Origin: Hespellia sp.
GTDB lineage: Bacteria > Bacillota > Clostridia > Lachnospirales > Lachnospiraceae
Direction: 5' to 3'
DNA: 64,000 nucleotides
Assembly: GCA_028694105.1 (NCBI GenBank)
Contig: JAQUUC010000005.1
Coordinates: forward strand, 37,700-101,699
Position numbers and translations under genes: made by a program. Numbering within the stretch: the first letter of the stretch is position 1; each line of letters opens with the position of its first letter. This document shows positions 39,370 through 49,610 of this stretch, in pieces. Below the pieces are notes generated by a model. It did not search any database. It worked only from the letters and a program-made list of their open reading frames with translations, and was not told the origin of the DNA.

Positions 39370-40209
39370 ATGGGAACCAAACGATATGCCATGGGGGATC
39401 TCTCCATCGAAACAATCAACAGCAAGCTTCTCTATATCACATATTCGAAATTTGAAAATGATTGGCCAAGTGTTTTACACACACATTCTTTTACTGAACT
39501 TTTCTGTGTGATCAACGGAAAAGGTCGTTTTCAGATTGAGGAGAATGAATATCCAATTCAAAAGGATGATTTCGTGATTGTCAATCCGAACACTCCGCAT
39601 ACAGAGAAATCACTTGGACCGGATCCGCTGGAATATGTTATCTTAGGTATTGAAAATTTAAGTTTTTCTTTTGAGGGAAACACGGACTATATTATATTTA
39701 ATTGTCAGAATGATAAACATGATTTGCTTTTCTATATGAATACTATGCTTCATGAACTAGAGTCAGAGGAGGTAAACTCAGATCGAATCTGTCAAAATCT
39801 GTTGGAAGTTCTCATCATTAAATTAATACGAAGAACAAATTTTGCATTCGATGTTACACCTTCGATTAAAATCAGTAAAGAATGTTTGAAAATCAAGCGA
39901 TATATAGAAACTAATTTTCATCATGATATCTCGCTTGATGATTTAGCTCAAATTTCTCATCTGAACAAATACTATCTTGTACATGTTTTCACCAAAAGAT
40001 TTGGTGTTTCACCAATCAACTACCTCGTTCAAAAACGAATTCAGGACAGTAAAGAGCTGCTTGCCAGTACAGATTATAGTATTGCAGATATCGCACAGAT
40101 GTCCGGTTTTTCTTCTCAAAGCTACTTCGCGCAGTGTTTTATGAAGAACTGTGGTATCACAGCAAGCCAATATCGGAAAAGCTGCAAAACAAATTTGCCA
40201 GAAAAATAA
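39370..40209 (+). CDS. AraC-family regulator divergent from the lnp operon
   Basis: Cupin HTHSFTELF...HTE. HTH LDDLAQISHLNKYYL...SGFSSQSYF. AAGGAG RBS before ATG 39370. Confidence 0.92.
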   Translation: MGTKRYAMGDLSIETINSKLLYITYSKFENDWPSVLHTHSFTELFCVINGKGRFQIEENEYPIQKDDFVIVNPNTPHTEKSLGPDPLEYVILGIENLSFSFEGNTDYIIFNCQNDKHDLLFYMNTMLHELESEEVNSDRICQNLLEVLIIKLIRRTNFAFDVTPSIKISKECLKIKRYIETNFHHDISLDDLAQISHLNKYYLVHVFTKRFGVSPINYLVQKRIQDSKELLASTDYSIADIAQMSGFSSQSYFAQCFMKNCGITASQYRKSCKTNLPEK

Positions 40210-40229
40210 TTGTTTTCAAAGAAGAATTC

Positions 40230-41207
40230 TTAACTGCTCTTCGTCCTTTGAAACAGCTTTGAAAATACGAGAATACTGAGACATGCCACAGCCACTCCGA
40301 TCAGATTCGCCACCACACGGATTCCAACCGCCCTGTCCGCAGGGAATATCAGAACCGCTGTAATCAGCGCACTAAACGAATTGTAAATCGTTTTGATAAA
40401 ATAGGAAGTAATGAACATCGACAAAAATCCTGCCAAGAGTACGATCATCACCTGATACTGCGTCGGCACGAAGGTTTCAAACAGCGTAAATACAACCACA
40501 CTTCCTATAATCGTAGCGGGTACTCTGCGTATCATCCGGTTTTTATATTCCGCCTCCAACGGCGTACTTAAAGAAAGAACCGTCAGCGCAATCCACATAG
40601 TCTTCGGAAAATGTACCAGTTCACCGACCAGCATAACAATGCATAAGGTACTCACCAGACGTATGTACCACTGTGTCCTTGTCGACTCCAGACGGTTCTC
40701 CAAAAACAAATCTTTGATGGTCCGTTTCTGTGTGGTCTTCTTATGTGCAGCATAATATAGAAGTGCTACCACTACGCCGCCAGCCAGCAGGCTGATCCAG
40801 CGTTTTTGGAATGCAATTCCGGTAACATCATATCCCTGCAGCATGATGTATCCCATCGTAAAGGGAAGATTTCCGCTCTGGGAAAGATCATGTCCCGAAA
40901 ATATCATGATTGCCGACAATGATACAGCGTTCACGATGAAACCAAGCACGGGATGAATCAGTGAAAGCTTCGGTGCAAATGCAAGTATCGCAAACAATAC
41001 TGCAATACAGACGGATGCCTGCTTCACGCGATACCCCAGATCAGCACCCAATAAAATCAGCATCCCCATCAGCAGTACCACACCGACGATACTGTTTTCC
41101 GTTCCACACAGCCAGTTATAGCCGTTTATAAATAGTACACAAAACAAAAATACCGGCAATTTCCTGATTACTTCTGTTCCTGTCTGTTTTATCTTTTTTG
41201 AATCCAT
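40230..41207 (-). CDS. FUSC-like (aromatic acid exporter family) membrane protein
   Basis: About 10 hydrophobic segments. P..MWIALTVLS...R..ATIIG and RV.AN.IG patterns. Confidence 0.7.
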   Translation of the reverse strand: MDSKKIKQTGTEVIRKLPVFLFCVLFINGYNWLCGTENSIVGVVLLMGMLILLGADLGYRVKQASVCIAVLFAILAFAPKLSLIHPVLGFIVNAVSLSAIMIFSGHDLSQSGNLPFTMGYIMLQGYDVTGIAFQKRWISLLAGGVVVALLYYAAHKKTTQKRTIKDLFLENRLESTRTQWYIRLVSTLCIVMLVGELVHFPKTMWIALTVLSLSTPLEAEYKNRMIRRVPATIIGSVVVFTLFETFVPTQYQVMIVLLAGFLSMFITSYFIKTIYNSFSALITAVLIFPADRAVGIRVVANLIGVAVACLSILVFSKLFQRTKSS

Positions 41208-41331
41208 ATTCTGCCCCTTTGATCTTCTTGAAATTACATCTGATTTTTAAGATGCAATGAACAATTATAGTGGCTAATGGGAAAATGTGCAATACGGTAT
41301 TTTATTAAATTTTTCCAAACTTATGAACTCC

Positions 41332-42030
41332 TTATCGTGTCGACTGCACAGAAGGAAGCAGACATTTTGCAATCACCTGATTTCCTAATACATTCGGATG
41401 CACCCCGTCCGCGTAATATTCCGGATGTCCCTCCGTAATCTGATATAAATCAACAAGGGTAACTTGGTGATTCTTCGCCTGACGCAGGACAATCGGTCTG
41501 ATCTCATCGCGGATTACATCATTTTGAATCGCAAATGCAATCTCACCTTTTCCATTTGCAGACACTGCAAACGGCGGCGTCATTACAATGAGCCGCCCAT
41601 CTGCCGATTCCTTTTTTAACAGTTCTATCATTTCCGATAATTCCGCTTCGTATTTCTCTGCGTTCCAGTTCTGTGGCTTCGAATCATTCGTTCCAAGCAT
41701 CAAAATGAATAGCGCAGGATGAATGTCAATCGCTTTTTTCAGGAAATCCGCTCTGTATGGCAGGTTGCCGTCTTTTAATAAGGTCGCGCTGCTGATGCCA
41801 TAATTGAGCACCTGATATTTCTTTTCTAAAAGGTCTTCCAGCAGCCTTACCCAGCAGTCCTTCTCTCTCGTTGATCGCACGCCTGCACCAAATGTGATGC
41901 TGTCACCAATACATACAATGCATGGCTTCTTTCCGTTCGCTTTCTCTTTTCTCGGGAGTAAGCGGTTTAAAACTTTTCCGAATATCATACATATGGTTGC
42001 TGTAAGGATTACTAGTTTTACGATTGACAT
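41332..42030 (-). CDS. SGNH/GDSL-family esterase with an N-terminal membrane anchor
   Basis: CIGDSITFG (block I), LGTND (block III), DGVHPN (block V). GGAGG RBS. Own promoter TTGCTT(42090)-16 bp-TATAAT(42063). Confidence 0.9.
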   Translation of the reverse strand: MSIVKLVILTATICMIFGKVLNRLLPRKEKANGKKPCIVCIGDSITFGAGVRSTREKDCWVRLLEDLLEKKYQVLNYGISSATLLKDGNLPYRADFLKKAIDIHPALFILMLGTNDSKPQNWNAEKYEAELSEMIELLKKESADGRLIVMTPPFAVSANGKGEIAFAIQNDVIRDEIRPIVLRQAKNHQVTLVDLYQITEGHPEYYADGVHPNVLGNQVIAKCLLPSVQSTR

Positions 42031-42098
42031 GAACTTCCGCCTCCATTGAATAGAATACTTTTATTATAAAGAACTCTGTTCAAAAAGCAACCTGCTTT

Positions 42099-43658
42099 TC
42101 ACTTCTCTGCCTCAAAATATTCCCGAAATAAATATGCCGGTGTACAGCTCCATGCATGACAATAACTATTAACACATACGCCCCCATATGGACTTTCGTT
42201 CTCATTATCAGGGTTATACAACTCCCAGAAGGTGTCGGCTCCGGCTTTGATCATGCCTCCCCAATACTGCTTTATATGATTTAATGCTTTTTCTGGATTT
42301 CCTGCCCGAATCCATGCCTCTGCATAAAAATGGTGCATATAAGGGGTTATCATTGTAATTAAAGTGTTTTTCGTTCTCTCCAGAAGTTTCAATGCTTCTT
42401 CTTGTTCTACCACTCCTGCCAGAATCATCCACACCTGACTGGCCAACGATACTTGCCTTTCTTTTCCACTGACAAACACTTGCTTCTCATCTTCCCAAAA
42501 TATCTGCCGTGCAGCCTGTTTTAATTTTTCTTCCAGTGACTTATACGCTTTTCTTCCAACATAATCACCCAGAATTTTGCACAGTTTCTGTGCATACCCC
42601 ACGGTATAAATCAACACAGCCTCCATAGCACATTGTTTCTCTAACTGTTCATTCCAATCGATAAAGCAGTGATAAATTCCGTTTCCACAATTAACACCTT
42701 CTTCACATATAATCCCTTGTTCGTCCGTATAGGCAAGTGCTAATTCTATCTGATGAAATGCAGATGGAGCCAGTTCTTCCACAGTCTCTCTATCTCCTGT
42801 ATTCTCATAATATTCCACAAGAACAGGCAGAAAGAACAATGCATAATCCAGCAAAAATGTATCATCCATCAATGGCACCGGTTTTTCAAAGACACAGGCC
42901 GGAATCATTCCCTCCTGATTTGGCATCCCGGCAAATAAATAGAGGCAGCGTTTCACCAGGTCCTGCTGTCGAAAGGTCTGATAATTGACCAGCGCCTGCA
43001 GTCTGACGTCCCCGAGCCAAAGCCTTCTGTCACGTTTAGGTCCATCCTCAAACACCGTCTGCATACAGTTCTTCAAAGTACGCACCGATACTTCATCAAT
43101 CTCTTTGAGCTGTTCATCCATCGTCTGAATGGGACTGACCGTCCCATAGGCTGATGACACAGAAACTCTCTTCACTTCATTGAAAGAGATTTCGAATTTC
43201 TGGGAAGTATCAATTACCGTAATCACCGCATAGCGAAATGCATATCTGCGTTCCAGCTTCACATGCCGCGGTGTTTCATCTATATGAATCCATTCTTCCT
43301 GAATCCATCCCTTACTAATCCACCCACTGTAATTTTGACAGTCTTCATCAATCTCACGTTCTATCTCGCAAAATTTGATGTGCAAAAAAACAGGGGCATC
43401 CTGAGGACTTCCCACACATTTTATATGAAATTGAAAATACCCCGCATGATTGTGTCCAAAATCAAAGATGATTTTATCATCCTTTCCAAATCCTGCATTT
43501 GCTTTTTCATTTGCAATTTTCTGTTCTGCTTTGTAGGAAATAATCTCCACCGGAACTTCTTCTTTATGATATAATTTTGGAATCAATGCTTCTGCCTTTT
43601 GAATAAATTCCTCATTTTTTACCATGACAGCTTTTTCTACAGCCCAATCAGTTGCCAT
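42099..43658 (-). CDS. GH78-like alpha-L-rhamnosidase (short, cytoplasmic)
   Basis: DFG..HAG, FEDGPKRDRRLWLGD, FIDW, ADTFWE, SYCHAWSCTP. Confidence 0.85.
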   Translation of the reverse strand: MATDWAVEKAVMVKNEEFIQKAEALIPKLYHKEEVPVEIISYKAEQKIANEKANAGFGKDDKIIFDFGHNHAGYFQFHIKCVGSPQDAPVFLHIKFCEIEREIDEDCQNYSGWISKGWIQEEWIHIDETPRHVKLERRYAFRYAVITVIDTSQKFEISFNEVKRVSVSSAYGTVSPIQTMDEQLKEIDEVSVRTLKNCMQTVFEDGPKRDRRLWLGDVRLQALVNYQTFRQQDLVKRCLYLFAGMPNQEGMIPACVFEKPVPLMDDTFLLDYALFFLPVLVEYYENTGDRETVEELAPSAFHQIELALAYTDEQGIICEEGVNCGNGIYHCFIDWNEQLEKQCAMEAVLIYTVGYAQKLCKILGDYVGRKAYKSLEEKLKQAARQIFWEDEKQVFVSGKERQVSLASQVWMILAGVVEQEEALKLLERTKNTLITMITPYMHHFYAEAWIRAGNPEKALNHIKQYWGGMIKAGADTFWELYNPDNENESPYGGVCVNSYCHAWSCTPAYLFREYFEAEK

Positions 43659-43694
43659 TTATTTTCCCTCCAATTTCTTTTCCGAAACAATATT

Positions 43695-46001
43695 TTACAC
43701 TATTCTGGAATTTAGTAGTTGTATCATTGCCTCTATCTCCGAATCCTGCAGCGTCTCATCTACACGTTTTAATGTATTGAATGTCATCAGAGCACCCATT
43801 GAAATTGATTTCAATGGATCTTCATCCTTTGTCATTTCCAGAAACCCCAGTGAAACCGGATGCCTCTGAAACGCCTGCTCAAGTCGCTCATACATTCCTT
43901 CCATCCGAATCATATCCCCAATACTACTATCCTCCGTTATTTGGGGCTGCTTTCCCTGAATGGTTATATTTTCGCTATATCTTATATCCTGCACTGATCT
44001 TCCCACTGAAATTTCGTATACTCCAGTTTCCACGTTCCATCTTTGTTCCTGCGGTTGATAACGCATAAATGCTTTCTCGTCCAACTCAACAGACACGATT
44101 CTCTCTTCCCCCGGTTCCAGCAAGATTTTCTCGAAACCAGCCAGCTTTATCGGAAAGATGTTCTCTTTCGATGTATGTTTCTTGACATAGACTTGAATAA
44201 TTTCTTTTCCCTGACGTTCTCCACTGTTTTTTATGGTTACTTCTATTTTGCTTTTGGATATTTTGCAGGCTGCATATTCAAACTCAGTATAGGACAGTCC
44301 ATGCCCAAAGGGAAATGCCAATGGTTTCTTTTGCGCTTCATACTGCTTATATCCCACAAATCTTCCTTCCCCATATATGACCCGCTTTGTATCCCCCGGG
44401 AAATAAAGATAGCTGGGATTATCTTCCAGACATACAGGGAAGGTTTCTGCCAGCTTTCCAGATGGATTGATTTCACCAAACAGAATTTCTGCAATGGCTG
44501 ATGCACCGGATTCTCCGCCCAAATAGCTTTCTAATATAGCTTCTACATTTTTTCGCCATGGCATTTCTACTACAGAACCGTTTGCAAGTACCACAACCAC
44601 ATGACCTCCAAGCTCTGTCAGTTTCTCAATCAACTGATTCTGCTCCGCAGGCATTTTCATAGAATCCCGGTCATATCCTTCTGATTCAATCAAATCCGGA
44701 AGACCCGCAAATACCACCACGGTATCATACGCCACCGCAGCTTTAAGAACTTCCTGACACAGATTTTCATTTTCCTGCACGGAACCACCTGTTTTATAGC
44801 CGAAAAGAAAGTCTGTCTGCGTTCCCCGTTTCTGAAGTTCTTCCAATGGGATTTCTAATTTCCACGGGTTCACATGAGAGCTTCCGCCTCCCTGAAATCG
44901 AGGATGTATGGCTAGTTCTCCGGTCACAAGAATGCGTGATTTCTTATCCAGCGGCAGTATTTTATCTTTGTTTTGCAGCAGAACCATACTTTCTTCTGCC
45001 AGTTCCCGGGCAAATGCATGGTGCTTATTCCTGTCATACCTATCACCAGCGGCACTTGTTTCTTTCTTTGCGGCCCCCGCTTCTAAAGCAAATACAATGT
45101 TATGCTGAACAGCCTCATCCAGCTGGGCTTCAGTAATTTCTCCATCATGAATCAATTTCAGAACACGTTCCACAATTCGTGCTTCACCTTCGCCCGGCAT
45201 TTGAAGTGTCAATCCATTACGAATTCCCTGACCAAGTCTATGGGCTGCATAACAGTCTGTCACCACAACACCTTCATATCCCCAATCTTTACGCAGTATC
45301 TGAAGTAGCTTAGGATTGCTTGCACAAAACTCACCGTTCAGCTGGTTATATCCCATCATCACCATCTTAGGTCTGCCCTCTTTCACCGGTTTTTCAAATG
45401 CTGACAGGTACACTTCCTGAAGCGTTTCTTCTTCGATTTCTGCATTGATATTCATACGTCTCGTTTCCTGATTGTTCGCTGCAAAATGTTTCAGGCAGGC
45501 TCCCACACCTTCCGTTTGTATTCCTTTGATAAATTCAGTAGCGAGTTCTCCTGTCAGATATGGATCTTCGGAATAATATTCAAAGTTCCTTCCTCCAAGA
45601 GGACTCCTCTTAATATTCACAGCAGGAGCAAGCATCGTATCTACGTCCTCCTGCCTTGCTTCTCTCCCCATATGTTCCCCTAGTCTATACAAGAGTTCCC
45701 GGTTCCATGAACTTGCATAGGTACTCGGGGATGGGTAACAGGTGCTTGGTCTTGTGTTATAAATGTCGTCATCAAAATAATCTTTTAGTCTGCGAATTCC
45801 AGCCGGACCATCCGCCAAAAGAAATTTTTTTAAATCTTCATGTATTTTTTTGATATCTGTTGTTTCCCAGACAATCTGCGACAATAATTTTGCTTTGTCT
45901 TCCAGCCTCAGTTCCTTTACAATCTTTCTTGCAGTAACTTTGCACGCACTATCCATCACTGTTCCACCTCCATTTAGCAACTCATTCCTTCTCTGTTTCA
46001 C
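43695..46001 (-). CDS. GH3 beta-glucosidase-like protein
   Basis: DGPAGIR, RNFEYYSEDP, KHFAANNQE, VVTD nucleophile region, ESEGYDR, PFGHGLSYT. Confidence 0.92.
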   Translation of the reverse strand: MKQRRNELLNGGGTVMDSACKVTARKIVKELRLEDKAKLLSQIVWETTDIKKIHEDLKKFLLADGPAGIRRLKDYFDDDIYNTRPSTCYPSPSTYASSWNRELLYRLGEHMGREARQEDVDTMLAPAVNIKRSPLGGRNFEYYSEDPYLTGELATEFIKGIQTEGVGACLKHFAANNQETRRMNINAEIEEETLQEVYLSAFEKPVKEGRPKMVMMGYNQLNGEFCASNPKLLQILRKDWGYEGVVVTDCYAAHRLGQGIRNGLTLQMPGEGEARIVERVLKLIHDGEITEAQLDEAVQHNIVFALEAGAAKKETSAAGDRYDRNKHHAFARELAEESMVLLQNKDKILPLDKKSRILVTGELAIHPRFQGGGSSHVNPWKLEIPLEELQKRGTQTDFLFGYKTGGSVQENENLCQEVLKAAVAYDTVVVFAGLPDLIESEGYDRDSMKMPAEQNQLIEKLTELGGHVVVVLANGSVVEMPWRKNVEAILESYLGGESGASAIAEILFGEINPSGKLAETFPVCLEDNPSYLYFPGDTKRVIYGEGRFVGYKQYEAQKKPLAFPFGHGLSYTEFEYAACKISKSKIEVTIKNSGERQGKEIIQVYVKKHTSKENIFPIKLAGFEKILLEPGEERIVSVELDEKAFMRYQPQEQRWNVETGVYEISVGRSVQDIRYSENITIQGKQPQITEDSSIGDMIRMEGMYERLEQAFQRHPVSLGFLEMTKDEDPLKSISMGALMTFNTLKRVDETLQDSEIEAMIQLLNSRIV

Positions 46002-48000
46002 AGCTATTATTTTTGATCATAACCGCTTTCCCCTTATAGAGAGGATATGTGTTTCCACAATACGTTAAACTTCCACCATCTCTGTCAGTTTCGATCCTCA
46101 ATTGGTTTTCTCTCCATTCCACATAGACACTTCCATTCTTCACCGGAAGCCTGCAGCTGATTTCGCGAAACATTTTTATATTTGGAGATATTTCAAAAGT
46201 TTCATATCCAGTACTTGTTGGTTTCAATCCTATATAATATCGGCCAAGAAGATAGATGGGACTTGCAGCCCATGCATGGCAAAGGCTCTTCCCGTAAGGG
46301 TCTCCATACATTTCATATTCCTTCCCGTTCTCCTTAGCCGGATCATATTCTTCCCAGAAAGTAACCGCTCCCTGCGTCAGCATGCCACCCCAGTACGCTC
46401 TGATTTTCTTCAGAACCTCTTCCTGCTTTCCAAGAAGACACATGACCTCCAACTCATAAAATTTAAAATACGGGGTCGTAATTTGGGGGACCTTTTCATT
46501 TTGGAGGACATGACGGCAAATCTGAGTGGTCCTTTTCTCGTCTGCAATTTCAAACAAAATAGCGAAGATATTGGCATGTCTGGATACGTGACGTTTCCCT
46601 GAGGTATAACTATCAATATATGCCTGTTTTTCAACATCCCAGTAAAATGCATTAATGCTAGAGATAAGCCGTCTGTATTTCAGTTCATATTCGTGGTTCG
46701 GATCCCCTAATAGTTCTGCTGCAAAATTCATGGCATGATAACAGGCTGCCAGCAGCATCTGTTCTGCACATACCGGCCCGTCTTTATCAATCTCCGCCCA
46801 GTCTATGAAGATCCAGTCATTCTTTCTTCCTACAAGAAATCCATTCTCGTCCAGTTGACTTTCTAAAAATTCCATCATCGTCACCATCCGGGGGTAAATC
46901 ATTTCCAGAAATTCCCGGTCAGCCGTCATCTCATAATGTTTTCCAATTCCCAACACCCAATACATAGAGTAATCTACAATTGTATTGATATGCTGACGCA
47001 CCGGATCATTTCCACGCAGTGCCAATATTGTCCGTTTATTAATCTCCTCATCAAAAAACACATATGGATTCACAAAATATGACTGGTAGGCATCCCCTGA
47101 CCAGATCCATCTGTCACGCTTTACACCATCAATAAAAAAGATTCCGCTGCACAGCTGAAATGTACGAACAGATGTCTCCCATATCTGATTGATTTGTTTA
47201 TCCTCACAGTAAAATGCTGCTTTGACCGGGATATCCACATAGAGATGACGTGCACAAAGTATACAGTCCTCGCTCCCTGTCTCAGGAATAAACACATATC
47301 GAAATGCCCTTCTTCTAAGACAGATTTCCAAGGATTCTATTGTTTCGCTATAATAGCAGTTGATTGTATCCATTGCTTCTTCCTGAGATTCTCCGTAACA
47401 AATTAATTTATGGATACCTTTCTCTGTTTTGGAAAGAACCTTTACGTCCAGCTCCGCAGTAAGTTCCGTTCCAAAATCATACAGCGTTCCCCCATTTTTC
47501 TCAGCCACCATAACTGGTTTGATCGTCTGTTCCTCATATTCCCAGATTGCCGGATTCTGTTCCGATTCCCTGTATCGTTCATTCCACCCAGCATTAACCG
47601 GTTCTGTAATAAAGTCATCTGCCATCCATCCTGCACCTGTATAGATTACTTCCCCCTGCACTAAAATTGCTGGCACAAGATCAGGACTGCCTGCAAATAC
47701 TTCTACTTTTACCATTCCAGGTACTATCCTGATTTGATCTTGGAACTTATGTTTCTGTCCATTTATACACACATACCCCTGACAGTTTGCAAACACAGTA
47801 CATTGCGTATTCGCCTCAATTAAATACGTTTTCTGAAAGTGGACATTCTTTCTGCAGCCATCAATCTGCCAATAAGCTGGCCAGAAAAATTCTCGTTCTT
47901 CTCTGCTGAAATTCTGCAGCATACCATGATAGATTTCAAAATCACCGGGATACCAGATCCATCTTCCCTTTGAACAGCTGCATTCGTTTTCATAGTCCAT
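45982..48000 (-). CDS. GH78-like alpha-L-rhamnosidase (second paralog)
   Basis: YDFG.E, FIDGVKRDRWIWSGD, FIDW, TFWEEY, SLCHAWAASP. Start set at ATG 48000. Confidence 0.85.
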   Translation of the reverse strand: MDYENECSCSKGRWIWYPGDFEIYHGMLQNFSREEREFFWPAYWQIDGCRKNVHFQKTYLIEANTQCTVFANCQGYVCINGQKHKFQDQIRIVPGMVKVEVFAGSPDLVPAILVQGEVIYTGAGWMADDFITEPVNAGWNERYRESEQNPAIWEYEEQTIKPVMVAEKNGGTLYDFGTELTAELDVKVLSKTEKGIHKLICYGESQEEAMDTINCYYSETIESLEICLRRRAFRYVFIPETGSEDCILCARHLYVDIPVKAAFYCEDKQINQIWETSVRTFQLCSGIFFIDGVKRDRWIWSGDAYQSYFVNPYVFFDEEINKRTILALRGNDPVRQHINTIVDYSMYWVLGIGKHYEMTADREFLEMIYPRMVTMMEFLESQLDENGFLVGRKNDWIFIDWAEIDKDGPVCAEQMLLAACYHAMNFAAELLGDPNHEYELKYRRLISSINAFYWDVEKQAYIDSYTSGKRHVSRHANIFAILFEIADEKRTTQICRHVLQNEKVPQITTPYFKFYELEVMCLLGKQEEVLKKIRAYWGGMLTQGAVTFWEEYDPAKENGKEYEMYGDPYGKSLCHAWAASPIYLLGRYYIGLKPTSTGYETFEISPNIKMFREISCRLPVKNGSVYVEWRENQLRIETDRDGGSLTYCGNTYPLYKGKAVMIKNNSCETEKE

Positions 48001-48002
48001 CT

Positions 48003-49610
48003 TTATTCCTCCCACATCAGCTCTGGATTCAGTCTTATCCGGATGACCTGCCCGTCATGTACATATAACTGGTAATTTGCTTCATCCCCATTTCTTTCAT
48101 ATTCGCACACCCATGTATCACCTTCAAAGTGCCCCTCTTCTATGCTCAGAAAATTAAGCTGGGATGACAGACTGGATGCCAAATGTGCATACGGTGTTTC
48201 ATCTTCTACTTCTGGTCTGCGTAAAAAAGTAAAACATACTCCAGCACCCGCCAGATAAAATTCGCCCTCTCCGCAATCAATAATCAATCCTCTCCCCCTA
48301 ATATTCATGCAGGTCGCATTCTCTGGGGCATTGGTATTGATACGGCTTCCAAAATAATGCTGAGGTTTTGGAGCATTCTGTAAAAATCGTGCCGTAATAT
48401 GATAATCCTCTGTCTTCACATACTGCCAGCTGGAGTATTCTGCCTGCGTAACTGCATATACACGCCCAGTACCTCTATATTTTATAAGAATCGGTGCCAG
48501 AGAGGATACAATACGCATGGAACAGGCGGTTTCTTTTCCATCCTCAAGAAGACGCCCCTCCCAGATCTGGCTTTCTGCTCCAAAACAGCAAAATCCGATT
48601 GCACCATATTCTGCAACAGCGATTAGCATATTCAAGGCCGCCCCCACTCCACCATTTAGTGACTCCGGAATGAACAGCGGGTTATCATCTCTTGCATATG
48701 CTGCGCAGACTTTCCGGAAATCCCGTTCAGCCGGAAGGTAAATATCAGGTCCAAACAGCCGAATGGCCGGTGCAGTCCGCTTCCATATATCCAATACTTT
48801 ACTTACCGGTCCTCCTGAAATATAGCAGAGTCCCGGTTCTTCGTATTCATTCACTTCAGCCGAAACATTCATCAAATAGGCAACCGGAAACACGTTCTCT
48901 CCTGCCTCCGCCATTTCCTGTACATAACGCGCATGCTCCCACGCGCAGAAAGCTTCGTTGGCATATCTTCCAAACTGTTGTTTCCATGTTCTTTCTGTTG
49001 TATCTGGCAAATGACTGACTCCACAGTCTGGGATTATTATGTCCTTCAGCAAATAAGGAATCGGATTGTCATATGCATTCTGAGCCTCTGCTCCATAATC
49101 ACGATCTGTATGTACCAGTCCTATCTCATTTTCCACCTGCACACCAATGACCGTTCCCTCTGTATCATATTCTGCAAGAAATTCCATCGCCTTCACAAAA
49201 GCCTTCTTATCGCGTTCTAAAGTTGCCCTGCAATTTGGTGCCAGCGATTCCACCGGAAGTCCCGCAGAATTCCTTGCCCTTCTGTAAACTTTGCAATTTT
49301 TCTTTATGTATTCCGGGGCATATGTAAACAGTCCGTTTTTACTTGCCCCAAACCAAAGCAGAATCAAATACAAGCCTGCCGCCCCAGCTTTATCTACCAG
49401 CTCTTTCACCTGTTGCATCTCATAAACATCTTCCACAGCCTCAACCTTGCACCAATAAACAGGTGCCTCCAGCAGATTTCCGCCATGCAGATGGATTGCC
49501 TCTATGGTGCTGTCAATCAGCGGCGTACCAGTGGAAGAATTGTGGCATTGCAGTCCTGTTAGAAATACCGGTTCCCCTTTTCTATTTTTTAGAAAATCTT
49601 GTTTATGCAT
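48003..49610 (-). CDS. GH35-like/DUF5597 beta-glycosidase (beta-galactosidase or transglucosidase-like)
   Basis: G...HNSS, PVYW..VE, LLWFG..KNG, VQVENEIG, FIPES, C-terminal EEG.F...W.....NGDE. Start set at ATG 49610. Confidence 0.75.
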   Translation of the reverse strand: MHKQDFLKNRKGEPVFLTGLQCHNSSTGTPLIDSTIEAIHLHGGNLLEAPVYWCKVEAVEDVYEMQQVKELVDKAGAAGLYLILLWFGASKNGLFTYAPEYIKKNCKVYRRARNSAGLPVESLAPNCRATLERDKKAFVKAMEFLAEYDTEGTVIGVQVENEIGLVHTDRDYGAEAQNAYDNPIPYLLKDIIIPDCGVSHLPDTTERTWKQQFGRYANEAFCAWEHARYVQEMAEAGENVFPVAYLMNVSAEVNEYEEPGLCYISGGPVSKVLDIWKRTAPAIRLFGPDIYLPAERDFRKVCAAYARDDNPLFIPESLNGGVGAALNMLIAVAEYGAIGFCCFGAESQIWEGRLLEDGKETACSMRIVSSLAPILIKYRGTGRVYAVTQAEYSSWQYVKTEDYHITARFLQNAPKPQHYFGSRINTNAPENATCMNIRGRGLIIDCGEGEFYLAGAGVCFTFLRRPEVEDETPYAHLASSLSSQLNFLSIEEGHFEGDTWVCEYERNGDEANYQLYVHDGQVIRIRLNPELMWEE